From positions 4,864,001-4,928,000 of the forward strand of contig JBKAGP010000001.1 in the NCBI GenBank assembly GCA_046290465.1: a stretch of 64,000 nucleotides of DNA. The letters are read 5' to 3'. The first letter of the stretch is position 1; each line of letters begins with the position of its first letter. The notes under the pieces are model-generated. The model was not told where the DNA came from and did no database searches. It was given only the letters and a program-made list of their open reading frames with translations. Source of the DNA: Planctomycetota bacterium (GTDB taxonomy: Bacteria > Planctomycetota > UBA1135 > UBA2386). The position numbers were made by a program, and so were the translations under genes. This document shows positions 17,556-28,374 of the stretch, in pieces.

Positions 17556-17930
17556 TCGCACTGATCACTTGGTTGTTGGTCTTCGCGGCGCGCCTGCCAG
17601 GCGACCTGATCGCGTAGATCCGCCCGGGTGCAGTCGGGTCGCTGGGCCGGCCTCGAGGTCGATCCGGTCCTTTTCCGGCAGGTTCGTGGCCTTTGCCGGC
17701 CCGAAGTCGCGGCATCCGTTCCACGCGCCGGCAAACACCAACAGCCAAGTGGTCAGCTGCATCGGGATCCGTCGGGGCGTATTTGCTCGGACGGAATTCG
17801 CACATCGACCCCCCGACCCCCGTTGATCCCCGTCGAAACCACGAGGTAGGTTTATCCCGCCTGTCTCCCGTGTCCCGATGCCCTTCGGGCCCACTGCCTC
17901 GCCCCCGTCTTCGATCAGACTGAGGTCTCC

Positions 17931-20531
17931 GTGCGTCTTTCCACCCTCTACATCTCGCTGGCAGTGATGTCAGCAACCGCTGGTCTGCGCGCCCAGTGGG
18001 TCACCTACTCCAACCAGACGAACAACCGCGTCTCGGCAGCCGCCTCCCTGGTCACCGGCGACCAGCAGGAGAAGGACTACGCCTGGGGCGACCTGGACAA
18101 GGATGGTGACATCGATCTCGTGATCGTGCGCAAGCAGCCGTTCACGACTGGCGGCCACTTCCCCAACGTTCTGCTGATGAACGAGAACGGCGTGCTGACC
18201 GATCGCTCGGCCACGCTGACGACGTCGACCGTCGCGGGCAGCTCGGGCTTCCTCGACGCGACCAACGACCGCGACGTGGTCATCGCCGACATCAACGGCG
18301 ACGGCTGGGACGACGTGATCACCGCGACGACGCTGACGGCCGGCATGCCGACCTACATCCGCGCCAACCGCGTCTACATCAACCAGGGTGAGCAGAACGG
18401 CGTCTGGCAGGGCCTGCTCTACGACGATGCCCTGCGCATCGACGACACGCCCTACAACGGCGAGCACCGCTTCTGCTCGGTGGCGGCAGGCGACGTCGAC
18501 GGAGACGGCGATGTCGACCTCTACTTCGGCGACTACCAGCAGGGTGGCACGCGCTCGATCGACGTCAACGACCGCCTGCTGATCAACGACGGCACCGGCT
18601 ACTTCACCGACGAGTCGTCGACCCGCATGACCGTCACGATGCTCGAGTCGTCGTTCGGCATGAAGGTGGCGATCCACGACATGAACAACGACGGCAAGCT
18701 CGACATCCTCAAGGATGACGCGCTGAACGCGCCGCAGGCCGTGTCGATCAGCTACAACAACACGGCGACCGAGGGCGTCTTCGGCGACTACACGTTGCCC
18801 TACGGCAACCAGCCGTACCACTTCAACCTCGGTGACCTGAACAACGACGGCTGGACCGACTTCATCGTCAGCGACGACGGTCAGGACCAGTACGTGCTCA
18901 ACCAGGGCGCGACCGGCAGCCAGCCGGCGCAGTTCAGCAACCCGATCGCGTTCAGCTACAGCGGTGGCGGCAACGACGACGGCTTCGGCGGCAACAACAT
19001 CATCGCCGACCTCGACAACGACGGCTGGGCCGACGCGATCGTCGCCGACGTCGACGTCGACATCTCCGGCTGCAACCGTCGCTGCCACATCTTCCGCAAC
19101 CTCGGCAACGCGCCGAACGTCACGCTGCAGGAGCAGATCGTCAACGGCCAGGTGGTCGGCGGCATCACGCCGGCGGCGCTGCAGGGCACGTTCGACGTGG
19201 CGATCTTCGACATCGACGGCGACGGCTGGAAGGACCTGGTCGTCGGTCGCTGCACCGGCACCGAGGTCTACATGTGCGTGCCGCCGGTCGGTCTGACGTT
19301 TGCGTTCGTCGGCGGTCTGCCGTCGATGATCGCGCCGGGCGTTGCCCAGCAGGTCACCGTCGACGCCACCGGCATCGGCGGCGTCACGCCGGTCGCCGGC
19401 ACGGGCGAGCTGTTCTACTCGATCAACAACGCGCCCTTCCAGTCGATCGCGATGAGCGACTCGGGCCCGGGTCAGTTCCAGGCGACGCTGCCGGCGATGC
19501 CCAACTGCGCCGACGGGATCCGCTTCTATGTCAGCGCGCAGGGCAGCAACGGCTCGGTCTACAACGATCCGCCGGCGGCCCCGTCGGGCTACTACTCGGC
19601 CGTCGCCGCGGTCAGCCTCGACACGATCTACTCCAACAACTTCGAGCAGAACGACACCGGCTGGACGGTCGTCAACACCAACCTGACGACGGGTGCGTGG
19701 GAACGCGCCACGCCCAACGGCACCACTCAGGGTGCGGAGATCGCCGCGCCGTTCGACGACGCCGAGGCCGGTGCCGCGACCTTCTGCATGGTCACCGAGA
19801 ACGGCCTGCCCGGCGGTTCGGTCGGCACGGCCGACGTCGACGGCGGCCCGACCGACCTGATCTCGCCGCAGCTCGACTTCGGCGGCACGGACGGCTTCAT
19901 CAGCTACCAGCGCTGGTTCTACTCGAGCGGCGCCGACGTGCTCGAGGTCGCGGTGTCGGGCGACGGCACCAACTGGGTCACGGTCGAGGTCGTCGACGGC
20001 GACAACAACGAGTGGACCCTCAACCAGTTCCGCGTCGGTGCGTTCATCACGCCGACGTCGACCGTGCAGGTCCGCTTCCGCACCGCGGACGTCAGCCCGG
20101 GCAGCATCGTCGAAGCCGCGCTCGACGTCTTCAAGGCGGAGACGTTCAACTGCGACTGGTGCCAGCCGACGTTCCCGCTGACCACGATCGGCACCGGCAC
20201 GCTGTCGATGTGCGGCGACCAGCTCTCGGCCACGACGCCGAGCACGACGCTCAAGGTCGAGAACGTGCCGCCGTCGGCCTACTCACTGCTGCTGTTCGAC
20301 GCGTTCGCCGTGCCGGTCACGTCGCCGTGGAACAGCGGTGAGCTGATCAGCGCCGGGCCCGGCACGATCGGTCCGCTGTTCGCCAACGCCAGCGGCGAGA
20401 TCTCGATCCCGCTCAACATCGGTGGCCTGCTGCCGCCGGGCTGGGCGATCTACCTGCAGGGGCTCTACACCGACGCCTCGCTGCCGGGTCAGGTCGGCAT
20501 CACCAACGCGCTGCGCGTCGAGTGGTACTGA
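17931..20531 (+). CDS. Secreted FG-GAP/VCBS-repeat beta-propeller protein with Ig-like and jelly-roll domains
   Basis: Signal peptide; repeated D.D.DG..D motifs (GDLDKDGDID, DINGDGWDD, DVDGDGDVD, DMNNDGKLD, DLNNDGWTD, DLDNDGWAD, DIDGDGWKD). Confidence 0.88.
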   Translation: MRLSTLYISLAVMSATAGLRAQWVTYSNQTNNRVSAAASLVTGDQQEKDYAWGDLDKDGDIDLVIVRKQPFTTGGHFPNVLLMNENGVLTDRSATLTTSTVAGSSGFLDATNDRDVVIADINGDGWDDVITATTLTAGMPTYIRANRVYINQGEQNGVWQGLLYDDALRIDDTPYNGEHRFCSVAAGDVDGDGDVDLYFGDYQQGGTRSIDVNDRLLINDGTGYFTDESSTRMTVTMLESSFGMKVAIHDMNNDGKLDILKDDALNAPQAVSISYNNTATEGVFGDYTLPYGNQPYHFNLGDLNNDGWTDFIVSDDGQDQYVLNQGATGSQPAQFSNPIAFSYSGGGNDDGFGGNNIIADLDNDGWADAIVADVDVDISGCNRRCHIFRNLGNAPNVTLQEQIVNGQVVGGITPAALQGTFDVAIFDIDGDGWKDLVVGRCTGTEVYMCVPPVGLTFAFVGGLPSMIAPGVAQQVTVDATGIGGVTPVAGTGELFYSINNAPFQSIAMSDSGPGQFQATLPAMPNCADGIRFYVSAQGSNGSVYNDPPAAPSGYYSAVAAVSLDTIYSNNFEQNDTGWTVVNTNLTTGAWERATPNGTTQGAEIAAPFDDAEAGAATFCMVTENGLPGGSVGTADVDGGPTDLISPQLDFGGTDGFISYQRWFYSSGADVLEVAVSGDGTNWVTVEVVDGDNNEWTLNQFRVGAFITPTSTVQVRFRTADVSPGSIVEAALDVFKAETFNCDWCQPTFPLTTIGTGTLSMCGDQLSATTPSTTLKVENVPPSAYSLLLFDAFAVPVTSPWNSGELISAGPGTIGPLFANASGEISIPLNIGGLLPPGWAIYLQGLYTDASLPGQVGITNALRVEWY

Positions 20532-20574
20532 TCGACCCGACGCCACCCGCCGCGGCGCAAGCTGCGGTGCCGAC

Positions 20575-20613
20575 GAAGGCCCGCGTCCCGCACCAGTGCG
20601 GGCGCGGGCCTTC
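20575..20613. terminator. Strong hairpin after the FG-GAP gene (terminator-like)
   Basis: GAAGGCCCGCG-T-CCCGCAC-CA-GTGCGGG-CGCGGGCCTTC inverted repeat; only a weak U-tract. Confidence 0.45.
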
Positions 20614-20703
20614 TCGCTGTCTGGTAGACTTCTCGAACCTGCCATTCCCGTTCCGATCCCCAAGCCTCCCCGGGGCGGGCGCACTCCACAGGAATCTCGT
20701 CAC

Positions 20704-22551
20704 ATGCGTTCCCTCGCACCTTCCCTATTGCTCGTGTCCGTCGCGGCGCCGCTGCTGGCGCAGTCGCCGCAGCCCAAGATGGGCGATCCGCTGTCGGGCC
20801 TCACGGCCACGCAGCTGCAGGCCTTCGAAGACGGCCGCACCGACTTCGGCACGCCGCTCGACGCGGCCGGCGGCCTCGGCCCGATCTTCAACCAGGTCAG
20901 TTGCGCCAACTGCCACAACAACCCGGTCGGCGGCCCCGGCGGCACGACCGTGACGCGCTTCGGCTACGACGACGGCAAGGGCGGCTTCGACCCGCTGGCG
21001 GGCCTCGGTGGTTCGCTGCTGCAGTCGGGCGCGATCGCGCCGGGCGCGGCCGAGGTGATCCCGGCCGCGGCCAACATCACCTCGCAGCGCGTCACCCCGA
21101 GTGCGCTCGGCGCCGGCCTGATCGAGGCGATCCCGGACGCCGACATCGAGGCCAACGAGACCAACCCGCCGAGCGCCAACGTCAGCGGCCGCGTGCACTG
21201 GGTGCAGCCGCTCGAGGACCCGACCGGTCCGCTGCGCGCCGGCCGCATGGGTTGGAAGGCACAGGTCGCGACGGTGCTGACGTTCTCCGGGGACGCCGCC
21301 CTCAACGAGATGGGCCTCACCAACCGCCTGGTTCCGACCGAGAACGCGCCGAACGGCAACCTCGCGATCCTGGCGCAGTACGACACGGTCGCCGATCCGG
21401 AGGACGGCCCCGACGCCAACGGTCTCGACTTCATCGACCGCATCACCAACTTCCAGCGCTACCTCGCCGCGCCGCCGCAGACGCCCAAGGCGGGCATGAC
21501 CGGCGAGACGATCTTCGGCAGCGTCGGCTGCGCCGACTGCCACGTCTCGACCTGGACGACCAGCAACGACCCGGCGCTCGAGGCGGCGATCCGCAACCAG
21601 ACGATCAAGCCGTACAGCGACTTCCTGCTGCACGACATGGGTGTCTCGGCCGACTTCATCGGCGACGGCGACGCGACCACGCAGGAACTGCGCACGCCGA
21701 GCCTGTGGGGCGTGCGTTCGCGCAACGCGCTGTGGCACGACGGCCGCGTCGTCGGTGGCACGCTCGAGACGCGCATCCTCGGCGCCGGCGGCATCATCGA
21801 CCTGCACGCGTCGCTCGGCAGCGAGTCGCGCCCGTCGGCGCTGGCGTTCCAGGCGCTGTCGAATGCCGACCAGCTGGCGGTCGTCGCGTTCCTCGATTCG
21901 CTCGGTCGCGCAGAGTTCGACTTCGACGGCGACAACGATCGCGACCAGGACGACCTGGCGGCGTTCGTCGCGGCGATGGGCGGCGGCCCCTACACGGCGG
22001 ACGACGCCGAGGCGGTCTTCGACATCAACCAGGACGGCTTCGTCGACATCCTCGATCGCGACGCGTTCGCGCTCGTCTACGAGGGCGACTGCAACAACAA
22101 CGGCGTCAACGACCTGGCGGACGTGGTCTTCGGCGGCTTCGACGACGCCAACGAGAACCTGCTGCCCGACGGCTGCGAGCACTGCCAGACCGACCTCGGC
22201 TTCGCCGGCGCCGGCACGCTGCGCCTCGACATCTGCGGCGACGTGCTGACCGACGTCGGTTCGCGCGCATCGTTCCAGCTGGTCGACGGTCCGGTGACCG
22301 CGCCGGTGATCATCGGCATTGGCGTCGCGCAGAACCCGTACCTGATCACGCCGACCGAGTACCTGGTCCCGCTAGAGCCGCTGGCCGCGGTCGTCGAGTT
22401 CTTCATGACCGACGCCAACGGCGAACTGCACGTGCCGCTGATCGGCGGCGGCAACTTCCCGACGTCGACCTGGGTGTTCCAGGCGGCCACGTTCGACGGC
22501 ACCAACTACGACCTGTCGAACGCCCTCGAGGTCGAGGTCGGCGCCTTCTAG
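20704..22551 (+). CDS. Secreted di-haem oxidoreductase family (DHOR/DUF1111) protein with EF-hand/dockerin-like region
   Basis: GLGPIFN..SCANCH, GRMGWKAQ, EMGLTN, GCADCH, YSDFLLHDMG, RTPSLWG; DFDGDNDRD and DINQDGFVD calcium loops. Confidence 0.85.
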   Translation: MRSLAPSLLLVSVAAPLLAQSPQPKMGDPLSGLTATQLQAFEDGRTDFGTPLDAAGGLGPIFNQVSCANCHNNPVGGPGGTTVTRFGYDDGKGGFDPLAGLGGSLLQSGAIAPGAAEVIPAAANITSQRVTPSALGAGLIEAIPDADIEANETNPPSANVSGRVHWVQPLEDPTGPLRAGRMGWKAQVATVLTFSGDAALNEMGLTNRLVPTENAPNGNLAILAQYDTVADPEDGPDANGLDFIDRITNFQRYLAAPPQTPKAGMTGETIFGSVGCADCHVSTWTTSNDPALEAAIRNQTIKPYSDFLLHDMGVSADFIGDGDATTQELRTPSLWGVRSRNALWHDGRVVGGTLETRILGAGGIIDLHASLGSESRPSALAFQALSNADQLAVVAFLDSLGRAEFDFDGDNDRDQDDLAAFVAAMGGGPYTADDAEAVFDINQDGFVDILDRDAFALVYEGDCNNNGVNDLADVVFGGFDDANENLLPDGCEHCQTDLGFAGAGTLRLDICGDVLTDVGSRASFQLVDGPVTAPVIIGIGVAQNPYLITPTEYLVPLEPLAAVVEFFMTDANGELHVPLIGGGNFPTSTWVFQAATFDGTNYDLSNALEVEVGAF

Positions 22552-22724
22552 GGCCGACGGCGATCCCCGATCGAACGAGGCGCGGGCGCTCCGCTTCGGG
22601 GTGTCCGCGTTCTTCGTACCAAGGCCCGGTGGCACCGGCGCCTGAGTGTGAGGAAATCGTGAAGATGGCGGCGCCGCGCCGCATGGAGGTCGGGCGTGTG
22701 GCACCATTCTCCGCCCAAACCCCT

Positions 22725-23672
22725 ATGCGTTACGCCAGCCTCAGCCTTCTGCTCGTCCTCGCCATCAGCTGCGACAGCGGCAGCGATGCCCCGGTCACGC
22801 CGACGGTCTCCTTCGAGCCGACGCTCGCGGTCACGGAGGACAACGCGCTCGACTTCGCCAGGGTCGGCATGCGCGCGGTCTTCGACCTGCCCAACCTCGC
22901 CTACATCGGCGCGAGCTTCCTGCGCCAGCCGGTGCCGCAGGACCCCAACGCGCCGAGCAACCCGGGCACGCCGGTGACGCTGTCGGCCGAACGCGCCGGC
23001 CCGGACGGCGGCACCGCCGTCTACTCGTGGGAGGACATCCGTGTCGACAACCTGTTCAGCACGGACGACATCATCACGATCAACTTCGAGGACTACGCCG
23101 ACGGCGACCTGACGCTCAACGGCATCATGATCATCGACGACCTGCGCACGCAGGGCACGGTGACGCAGGGCGGTGGCACCTGGCTCGCGGACGCGACGCT
23201 GCGGCTGCTCAACCTCGAGGTGCAGCTCGGCGCCGGCACGTTCATCCTCAACGAAGAGCTGCCGTTCCGCGTCGAGAACCGCGAGCTGATCGAGATCTTC
23301 GACCTGTTCCTGTTCGAGGACCTGTTCCTCGGCGAGTTCGAGATGAAGCAGAACTCGCGCTGGCTGCGTTACGAGACCGACGACGAGCTGAGCTACCAGG
23401 TCGACGGCTTCGCGTTCTCGCCGGAGCTCGACGGCGTGGTGCGCTTCAAGACCGACAGCGTGGTGTTCGTCAACACGTTCAGCGGCAACCCGACCGAGGG
23501 CTTCGTGGTCGTCAACGGCACGCCCGGCACGTTCATCGAGGTCCAGTCGACGTCGATCTGCTCGCTGCCGATCCCGCTGCCGTGCACGTTCGACGTGCGC
23601 GTCGAGGAGGACGGCGAAGAGGGCTTCGAGACGACCCTGCAGATCACCGCGCCCGAACTGCTGCCGCAGTAG
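22725..23672 (+). CDS. Putative lipoprotein
   Basis: MRYASLSLLLVLAIS-C lipobox-like N-terminus; beta-rich acidic body. Confidence 0.7.
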   Translation: MRYASLSLLLVLAISCDSGSDAPVTPTVSFEPTLAVTEDNALDFARVGMRAVFDLPNLAYIGASFLRQPVPQDPNAPSNPGTPVTLSAERAGPDGGTAVYSWEDIRVDNLFSTDDIITINFEDYADGDLTLNGIMIIDDLRTQGTVTQGGGTWLADATLRLLNLEVQLGAGTFILNEELPFRVENRELIEIFDLFLFEDLFLGEFEMKQNSRWLRYETDDELSYQVDGFAFSPELDGVVRFKTDSVVFVNTFSGNPTEGFVVVNGTPGTFIEVQSTSICSLPIPLPCTFDVRVEEDGEEGFETTLQITAPELLPQ

Positions 23673-24035
23673 TCGCGTCGCTCCGCGGCAGCAGATCCGG
23701 GGCCCGCGAGGTCCCGGCTGGCCGCTCGCAGGCGACGGCGACTGGATCGACGATCACCTGTCGCGTCGACTACGAGTTCGCGCCGTGTGCGCAGCAGTTG
23801 ATGGCCGACTTCGCCAGGCTGTGGGCCGAGCAGCTCGTACCGCAGCGTCAAGGCTGGCTGGACAACCGCAAGTAGCGTGCGGCACCCGTGTTCGCGCCGA
23901 ATCGCCGAGTGTTGGCGTAAGGGGAGATAATCCAACAGACTCGCGCTCGCGCGCGAAGCTGCGATCATCGTGGTTCGCCGCTGCATCACGGGGATGCGGC
24001 GCGGCTGCCTTCTGCTCCCCTCCCCGGAGGTCCCG

Positions 24036-24803
24036 ATGATCGTCAAAGGAATCGCGCTCACCGCTCTCGTCGCTACGACGCCCCTCGCCCTGTTCGTCTC
24101 GCAGGATCCTGCCAAGCAGGATCCCAAGCCTGCCGTGCAGCGGCAGGAGAAGCCGCAGCCGCGCACCGGCGAGCTCCGTCGCGCCGAGTCCAACGTCAAG
24201 CGCGCGCGCGCCGAGCTGAAGAACGCGCAGCGCGACCTGGCGCGGTTGCGCGACCAGCTCAACGCCGCGCTCGACCGCCTCGACCAGCACGTCACGCCGC
24301 AGCGTGAGTCCAACTGCGCGCCGTCGCGCAACCGCACGCTGATGTCGCACTACCAGTGGCTGCGGGACCAGGGCCACCAGCAGCGCGCGCAGGGCACGCT
24401 GGCGTCGGTCGTCAAGCGCGTCGGCGACGACCCGGGCCGCCTCAACAGCGTTGCCTGGGACCTGATGACCGACAAGGCGACCGCCGGCAAGTTCGACGAG
24501 ATGGCGCTGGCGATGACCGAGCGCATGGAGGCGCTGGTCGCCAAGTCGAGCCGCCGTCGCGGCCAGAGCCACTACAACTACCTCGACACCGCGGCGCTCG
24601 CGAACTTCCTCAACGGCAACGTCGAGAAGGCGATCACCCTGCAGCGCACGGCGATCGAGCGCGGCGGCCGCAGCGACGACTTCCGCCGGCGTCTGCGCAC
24701 CTACGAGGCCGCGCAGAGCGCGCTGGTCAAGGCGACGCAGGCCAAGCCGCTGCCGGCCGCGACGATGGTCGCGACCAACCAGGAAGAGGAAGACGAGGAG
24801 TAG
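24036..24803 (+). CDS. Secreted coiled-coil / TPR-like hypothetical protein
   Basis: GGAGG RBS, signal peptide, LNSVAW...YLDTAALANFLNGNVEKAI..Q..AI TPR-like motif. Confidence 0.72.
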   Translation: MIVKGIALTALVATTPLALFVSQDPAKQDPKPAVQRQEKPQPRTGELRRAESNVKRARAELKNAQRDLARLRDQLNAALDRLDQHVTPQRESNCAPSRNRTLMSHYQWLRDQGHQQRAQGTLASVVKRVGDDPGRLNSVAWDLMTDKATAGKFDEMALAMTERMEALVAKSSRRRGQSHYNYLDTAALANFLNGNVEKAITLQRTAIERGGRSDDFRRRLRTYEAAQSALVKATQAKPLPAATMVATNQEEEDEE

Positions 24804-24824
24804 CCTCGCTCGCGGCGCCGCGCG

Positions 24825-25538
24825 CTACGGGCGCGGTGCCTCGCCGTCGCCGGCGCCATCGGCGTCGGCCGCGGCCGCCTGCTGTTCGGCGGCTTCGGCC
24901 TCGCGCTCGGCGCGGATCTGCTCGCGCGCCTCGACCTGCATCGCGGTCGTGTGGCGGGACACGATGCCGAACGCCGAGCCGAGCCCGAGCAGCACGAACA
25001 GGATGTCGAGCGGGTGGAAGTCCTCCTTGAGGTACTCCACGAACCCGAACTGCGCCTGCAGGTTGCCGGCCTCGAAGGTGCGCCAGTCGGCGAGCGTGCG
25101 ATCCGACTCCGCGAGCCAGTTCAGGCGCGGCGCGACCACCGTGCGGAACTCGGCGGCGCTGTCGACATCGTATTCGCGATCGAGCGCGAACTCGGTGACC
25201 TGCTCGTCCGTCGGGCTGGCGCCGAGCGCCTTCCACGCGGTCGCGTCGGCCTTGTAGGCGTCGAACATGTCGTCGGGGAAGGCCTGCTGGGCTGCTTCGT
25301 CGAGCACCGCCTGGTAGGTCGCGTAGCGACCGGTGCCGATCGCCAGCACCGCCAGCACGGCCGCGACGACCGCCAGCATCTGGCCGTGGCCACCGCCCTT
25401 GACCATCGCCAAGCCGATCAGCGCGCCGACGCCCCAGGCGATCCAGCCGATCTGCACGTTGGCGTAGATCGCCAGGGCGGCCCAGACCGCGGCGCCGGCA
25501 AAGGCGGCGCCGCCGGCGAACAGCAGCGCGCGGGTCAT
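24825..25538 (-). CDS. Hypothetical membrane protein
   Basis: GGAG RBS; MTRALLFAGG..., IGWIAWGVGALIG; about 4 hydrophobic helices. Confidence 0.72.
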   Translation of the reverse strand: MTRALLFAGGAAFAGAAVWAALAIYANVQIGWIAWGVGALIGLAMVKGGGHGQMLAVVAAVLAVLAIGTGRYATYQAVLDEAAQQAFPDDMFDAYKADATAWKALGASPTDEQVTEFALDREYDVDSAAEFRTVVAPRLNWLAESDRTLADWRTFEAGNLQAQFGFVEYLKEDFHPLDILFVLLGLGSAFGIVSRHTTAMQVEAREQIRAEREAEAAEQQAAAADADGAGDGEAPRP

Positions 25539-25673
25539 GTTTGGCTCGGGCAGGAGATCCTCGGTGCGCACGTGGCGTGAGGACGTTCGGGGGCGTTCTT
25601 CCACGCGCGCATCTTGCCGGTCCAGGACGGCATTTTCTCGTTCGCAGTCGGATCGCGCGCTTTGATGCGGTGC

Positions 25674-26630
25674 ATGCGAGGTGGCGCAGCAGGGACCCGG
25701 GCGATCGTCATCGGCTGCGGCGTGATCGGGATCACCACCGCGCTGCGGCTGCGCGGCGACGGCTGGCGCGTCGAGATCTGGACGCGCGACGAGCCCGACG
25801 CGACCACGTCGGCGGTCGCCGGTGCGATCTGGTATCCGTTCCTGGCCGAGCCGCGCCAGCGCGTGGCGCGCTGGAGCGCCGCGACCTACGAGCGTCTGCG
25901 CACGCTGGCGGCCACGCCGGCCACCGGGGTGCGCATGGGCGACGTGGTCGAGGTGTTCGACCACGACGATCCCGACCTGTGGTGGGCGGGCAGCGTGCCG
26001 GACGCGCACTGCCTCGCCGCTGCCGAACTGCCACCGGGCTACCGCGCCGGCGTGCGTGCCAGCGTGCCGATCTGCGACGTGCCGCGTCACCTCACGTGGC
26101 TGCTCGCCGAACTGCGGGCCGCCGACGTCGCGATCGTCCGGCGCACCGTGGCCTCGCTCGACGAGCCGCTCGCGCACGCCGACCTGGTCGTCAACTGCAC
26201 CGGCCTCGGCGCGCGAAAGCTGTGCGACGACGCGGAGCTGCGCCCGGTTCGTGGCCAGGTGCTGCGCGTGACCGGCGCCACCGTCGACGCCGCGTGGATC
26301 GACGACACCACGCCGCGGCCGCGCTACGTGATCCCGCGCGCTGACGACGTCGTCGTCGGCGGCACCGCCCAGACCGACGACGAACGGCTGGCGCCCGATC
26401 CCGCCGATACCGCCGCCATCCTCGCAGACGCGGTGCGCGCGATGCCGCAGCTGCGCGATGCGACGATCGAGCAGGTCCGCGTCGGCCTGCGGCCATATCG
26501 CTCGACCGTTCGTCTGGAGCGCGACGATCGCGATGGCAAGGCGCTCGTGCACAACTACGGCCACGGCGGCAGCGGCTATACGGTCTGCTGGGGCTGTGCC
26601 GATGAGGTCGCTTCGCTCGCGCGCGGTTGA
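25674..26630 (+). CDS. FAD-dependent D-amino-acid oxidase family protein
   Basis: VIGCGVIGITTA, TSAVAGAIW, VVNCTGLGA, PVRGQV, VGLRPYR, HNYGHGGSGYTVCWGCA. Confidence 0.92.
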   Translation: MRGGAAGTRAIVIGCGVIGITTALRLRGDGWRVEIWTRDEPDATTSAVAGAIWYPFLAEPRQRVARWSAATYERLRTLAATPATGVRMGDVVEVFDHDDPDLWWAGSVPDAHCLAAAELPPGYRAGVRASVPICDVPRHLTWLLAELRAADVAIVRRTVASLDEPLAHADLVVNCTGLGARKLCDDAELRPVRGQVLRVTGATVDAAWIDDTTPRPRYVIPRADDVVVGGTAQTDDERLAPDPADTAAILADAVRAMPQLRDATIEQVRVGLRPYRSTVRLERDDRDGKALVHNYGHGGSGYTVCWGCADEVASLARG

Positions 26631-26660
26631 CGCGCGCGCCGCAGGCGGCACGTTGTTGGC

Positions 26661-28343
26661 ATGCGTCTCGCCATCTGCGCCCTGCTGCTCGTCCACGTCG
26701 CCACCGCCCAGCTGCCGCAGGTCAGCGCCAGCGGCGAGAACATGCGGCTCCGTTCGTCGTCGGTCACCGGCAGCGCCGGCAACTACACGCTGACGTTGCA
26801 GATGGACGACGACAACGGCGACACGTCGCTGCCCACCAGCTTTCGTCGCTGGTGGCACTGTGAGGTGTCCAACCTGGTGGCCGGCACGCAGCTGAACTTC
26901 CGCGTCACCAACGCCGGCTACTCGGACGTGATCCTGCCGGTCTGGTCGCTGTCGACCGACGGCGTGACGTTCGGCGACTACGTGCGCATGCCGACCAGCG
27001 CGACGCCGACCGTGCAGGGAGGCACGCAGCACCTGTTCGGCGCGACGGTGCCGCCGGGCGTCGTCGCGATGCGGCTGGCGAAGTACTTCCCGTACACCGT
27101 GACCCGCAAGAACGCGCTGCTGCAGAGCATCGCCGGCCATCCGCACGTGCAGAGCATCACCTCGCTCGGCAACTCGCAGCAGGGCCGGCCGATCGAGAAG
27201 GTCACCTGGACCGATGTCACGGTGCCCGACGCGGGCAAGCGACGCATCTGGATCCACGCCGGCATCCACCCGGCGGAGACCACCAGCCACCTGATGGTCG
27301 AGGGCCTGTTCGACTGGCTGTCGTCCGGCGACCTGCGCGCCGAGGCGCTGCTCGACGCGGCGCTGATCGAGGTCGTGCCGATGGCCAACCCGGACGGCGT
27401 GTTCCTCGGCAACTACCGCACCAACGCCAACTCGTCCAACCTCGAGGCGCAGTGGAGCGCGCCGTACAACTCGCCGCAGCCCGAACTGGTCGCGCTGCGC
27501 ACGGCGATCGAGGGCTACATGGGCACGGTCGCCAACCCGGCCAGCAACCCGATCGAGGTCCTGCTCAACCTGCACGCGACCCACAACGTGGCGTTCCCGT
27601 TCCACTTCCAGCACGTCGGCAACGCCAGCTGGACGCCGGGCTGCAGCAGTTGCGGGGTGCTGCCGATCGTCAACCAGGTCGAGGCCCAGTGGGTCGCCAA
27701 CTTCGAGGGCCGCAGCTCGTTCGTCGCGCTCGGCTCGACCGCCAACAGCACGCTCGGCTCGCGGCCGTTCGTCGAGTCGATGGTGCACGACCGCTGGACC
27801 GCGGTGCCGGGCTGGCTCGGTGCGCCCAACTTCGAGGAGCCGGTGATGGCGATCACGTTCGAGGGCACCTACGGCCGCGGCCCGGACGGCGTGACCTGGA
27901 ACACCGAGGCCGACTACTTCGACTGCGGCCGCGACATGGGGCTGGCGCTGTTCGACCAGCTCGGCCTGGCGATCTCCGCCAGCACCAGCACCTACGGGGC
28001 CTCGTGCGTGTCGGCGCAGCTGAGCGCGAGTCTGGCCCAGCAGCCCGACCTGAGCCACCAGATGGTGCTGGTGACGTCGTTCGGCCCGGCCAATGGCCTC
28101 GGCGTGCTGGTCGTCGGCGGCTCCCAGGTGCAGGTGACGTTCCCGTCGCCGTGGTCCAACTGCACGCTGCTGGCGCAGCCGGACGCGACGCTCGGCCTGT
28201 TCTTGAGCGGGTTCGGCACCGCGATCACGCCGGTGCCGGTGCCGGCGATCCCCGGCCTGGAGGCCTACGTGCAGGTCGTGACCCTGGACGCGGCCCTGTC
28301 GCTGGACGCGACCAACGGCGTGCGCGTCCAGAACGACTACTGA
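26661..28343 (+). CDS. Secreted M14-family zinc carboxypeptidase
   Basis: Signal peptide; IHPAE zinc motif, VPMANPDGV..GNYR, LNLHA, ITFEG. Confidence 0.85.
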   Translation: MRLAICALLLVHVATAQLPQVSASGENMRLRSSSVTGSAGNYTLTLQMDDDNGDTSLPTSFRRWWHCEVSNLVAGTQLNFRVTNAGYSDVILPVWSLSTDGVTFGDYVRMPTSATPTVQGGTQHLFGATVPPGVVAMRLAKYFPYTVTRKNALLQSIAGHPHVQSITSLGNSQQGRPIEKVTWTDVTVPDAGKRRIWIHAGIHPAETTSHLMVEGLFDWLSSGDLRAEALLDAALIEVVPMANPDGVFLGNYRTNANSSNLEAQWSAPYNSPQPELVALRTAIEGYMGTVANPASNPIEVLLNLHATHNVAFPFHFQHVGNASWTPGCSSCGVLPIVNQVEAQWVANFEGRSSFVALGSTANSTLGSRPFVESMVHDRWTAVPGWLGAPNFEEPVMAITFEGTYGRGPDGVTWNTEADYFDCGRDMGLALFDQLGLAISASTSTYGASCVSAQLSASLAQQPDLSHQMVLVTSFGPANGLGVLVVGGSQVQVTFPSPWSNCTLLAQPDATLGLFLSGFGTAITPVPVPAIPGLEAYVQVVTLDAALSLDATNGVRVQNDY

Positions 28344-28374
28344 TCGGCGGGCCGCTGCGCTATCCTGTCCGCCG

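Noticed and set aside
17556..17930. Long intergenic region as a riboswitch or ncRNA
   Set aside because: I could not recognise any conserved RNA motif; an Rfam scan would be needed.
20901..22724. 923-aa ORF 20901..23672 as a single protein
   Set aside because: The first 600 codons overlap the di-haem gene out of frame. Only the part from ATG 22725 looks like a real lipoprotein.
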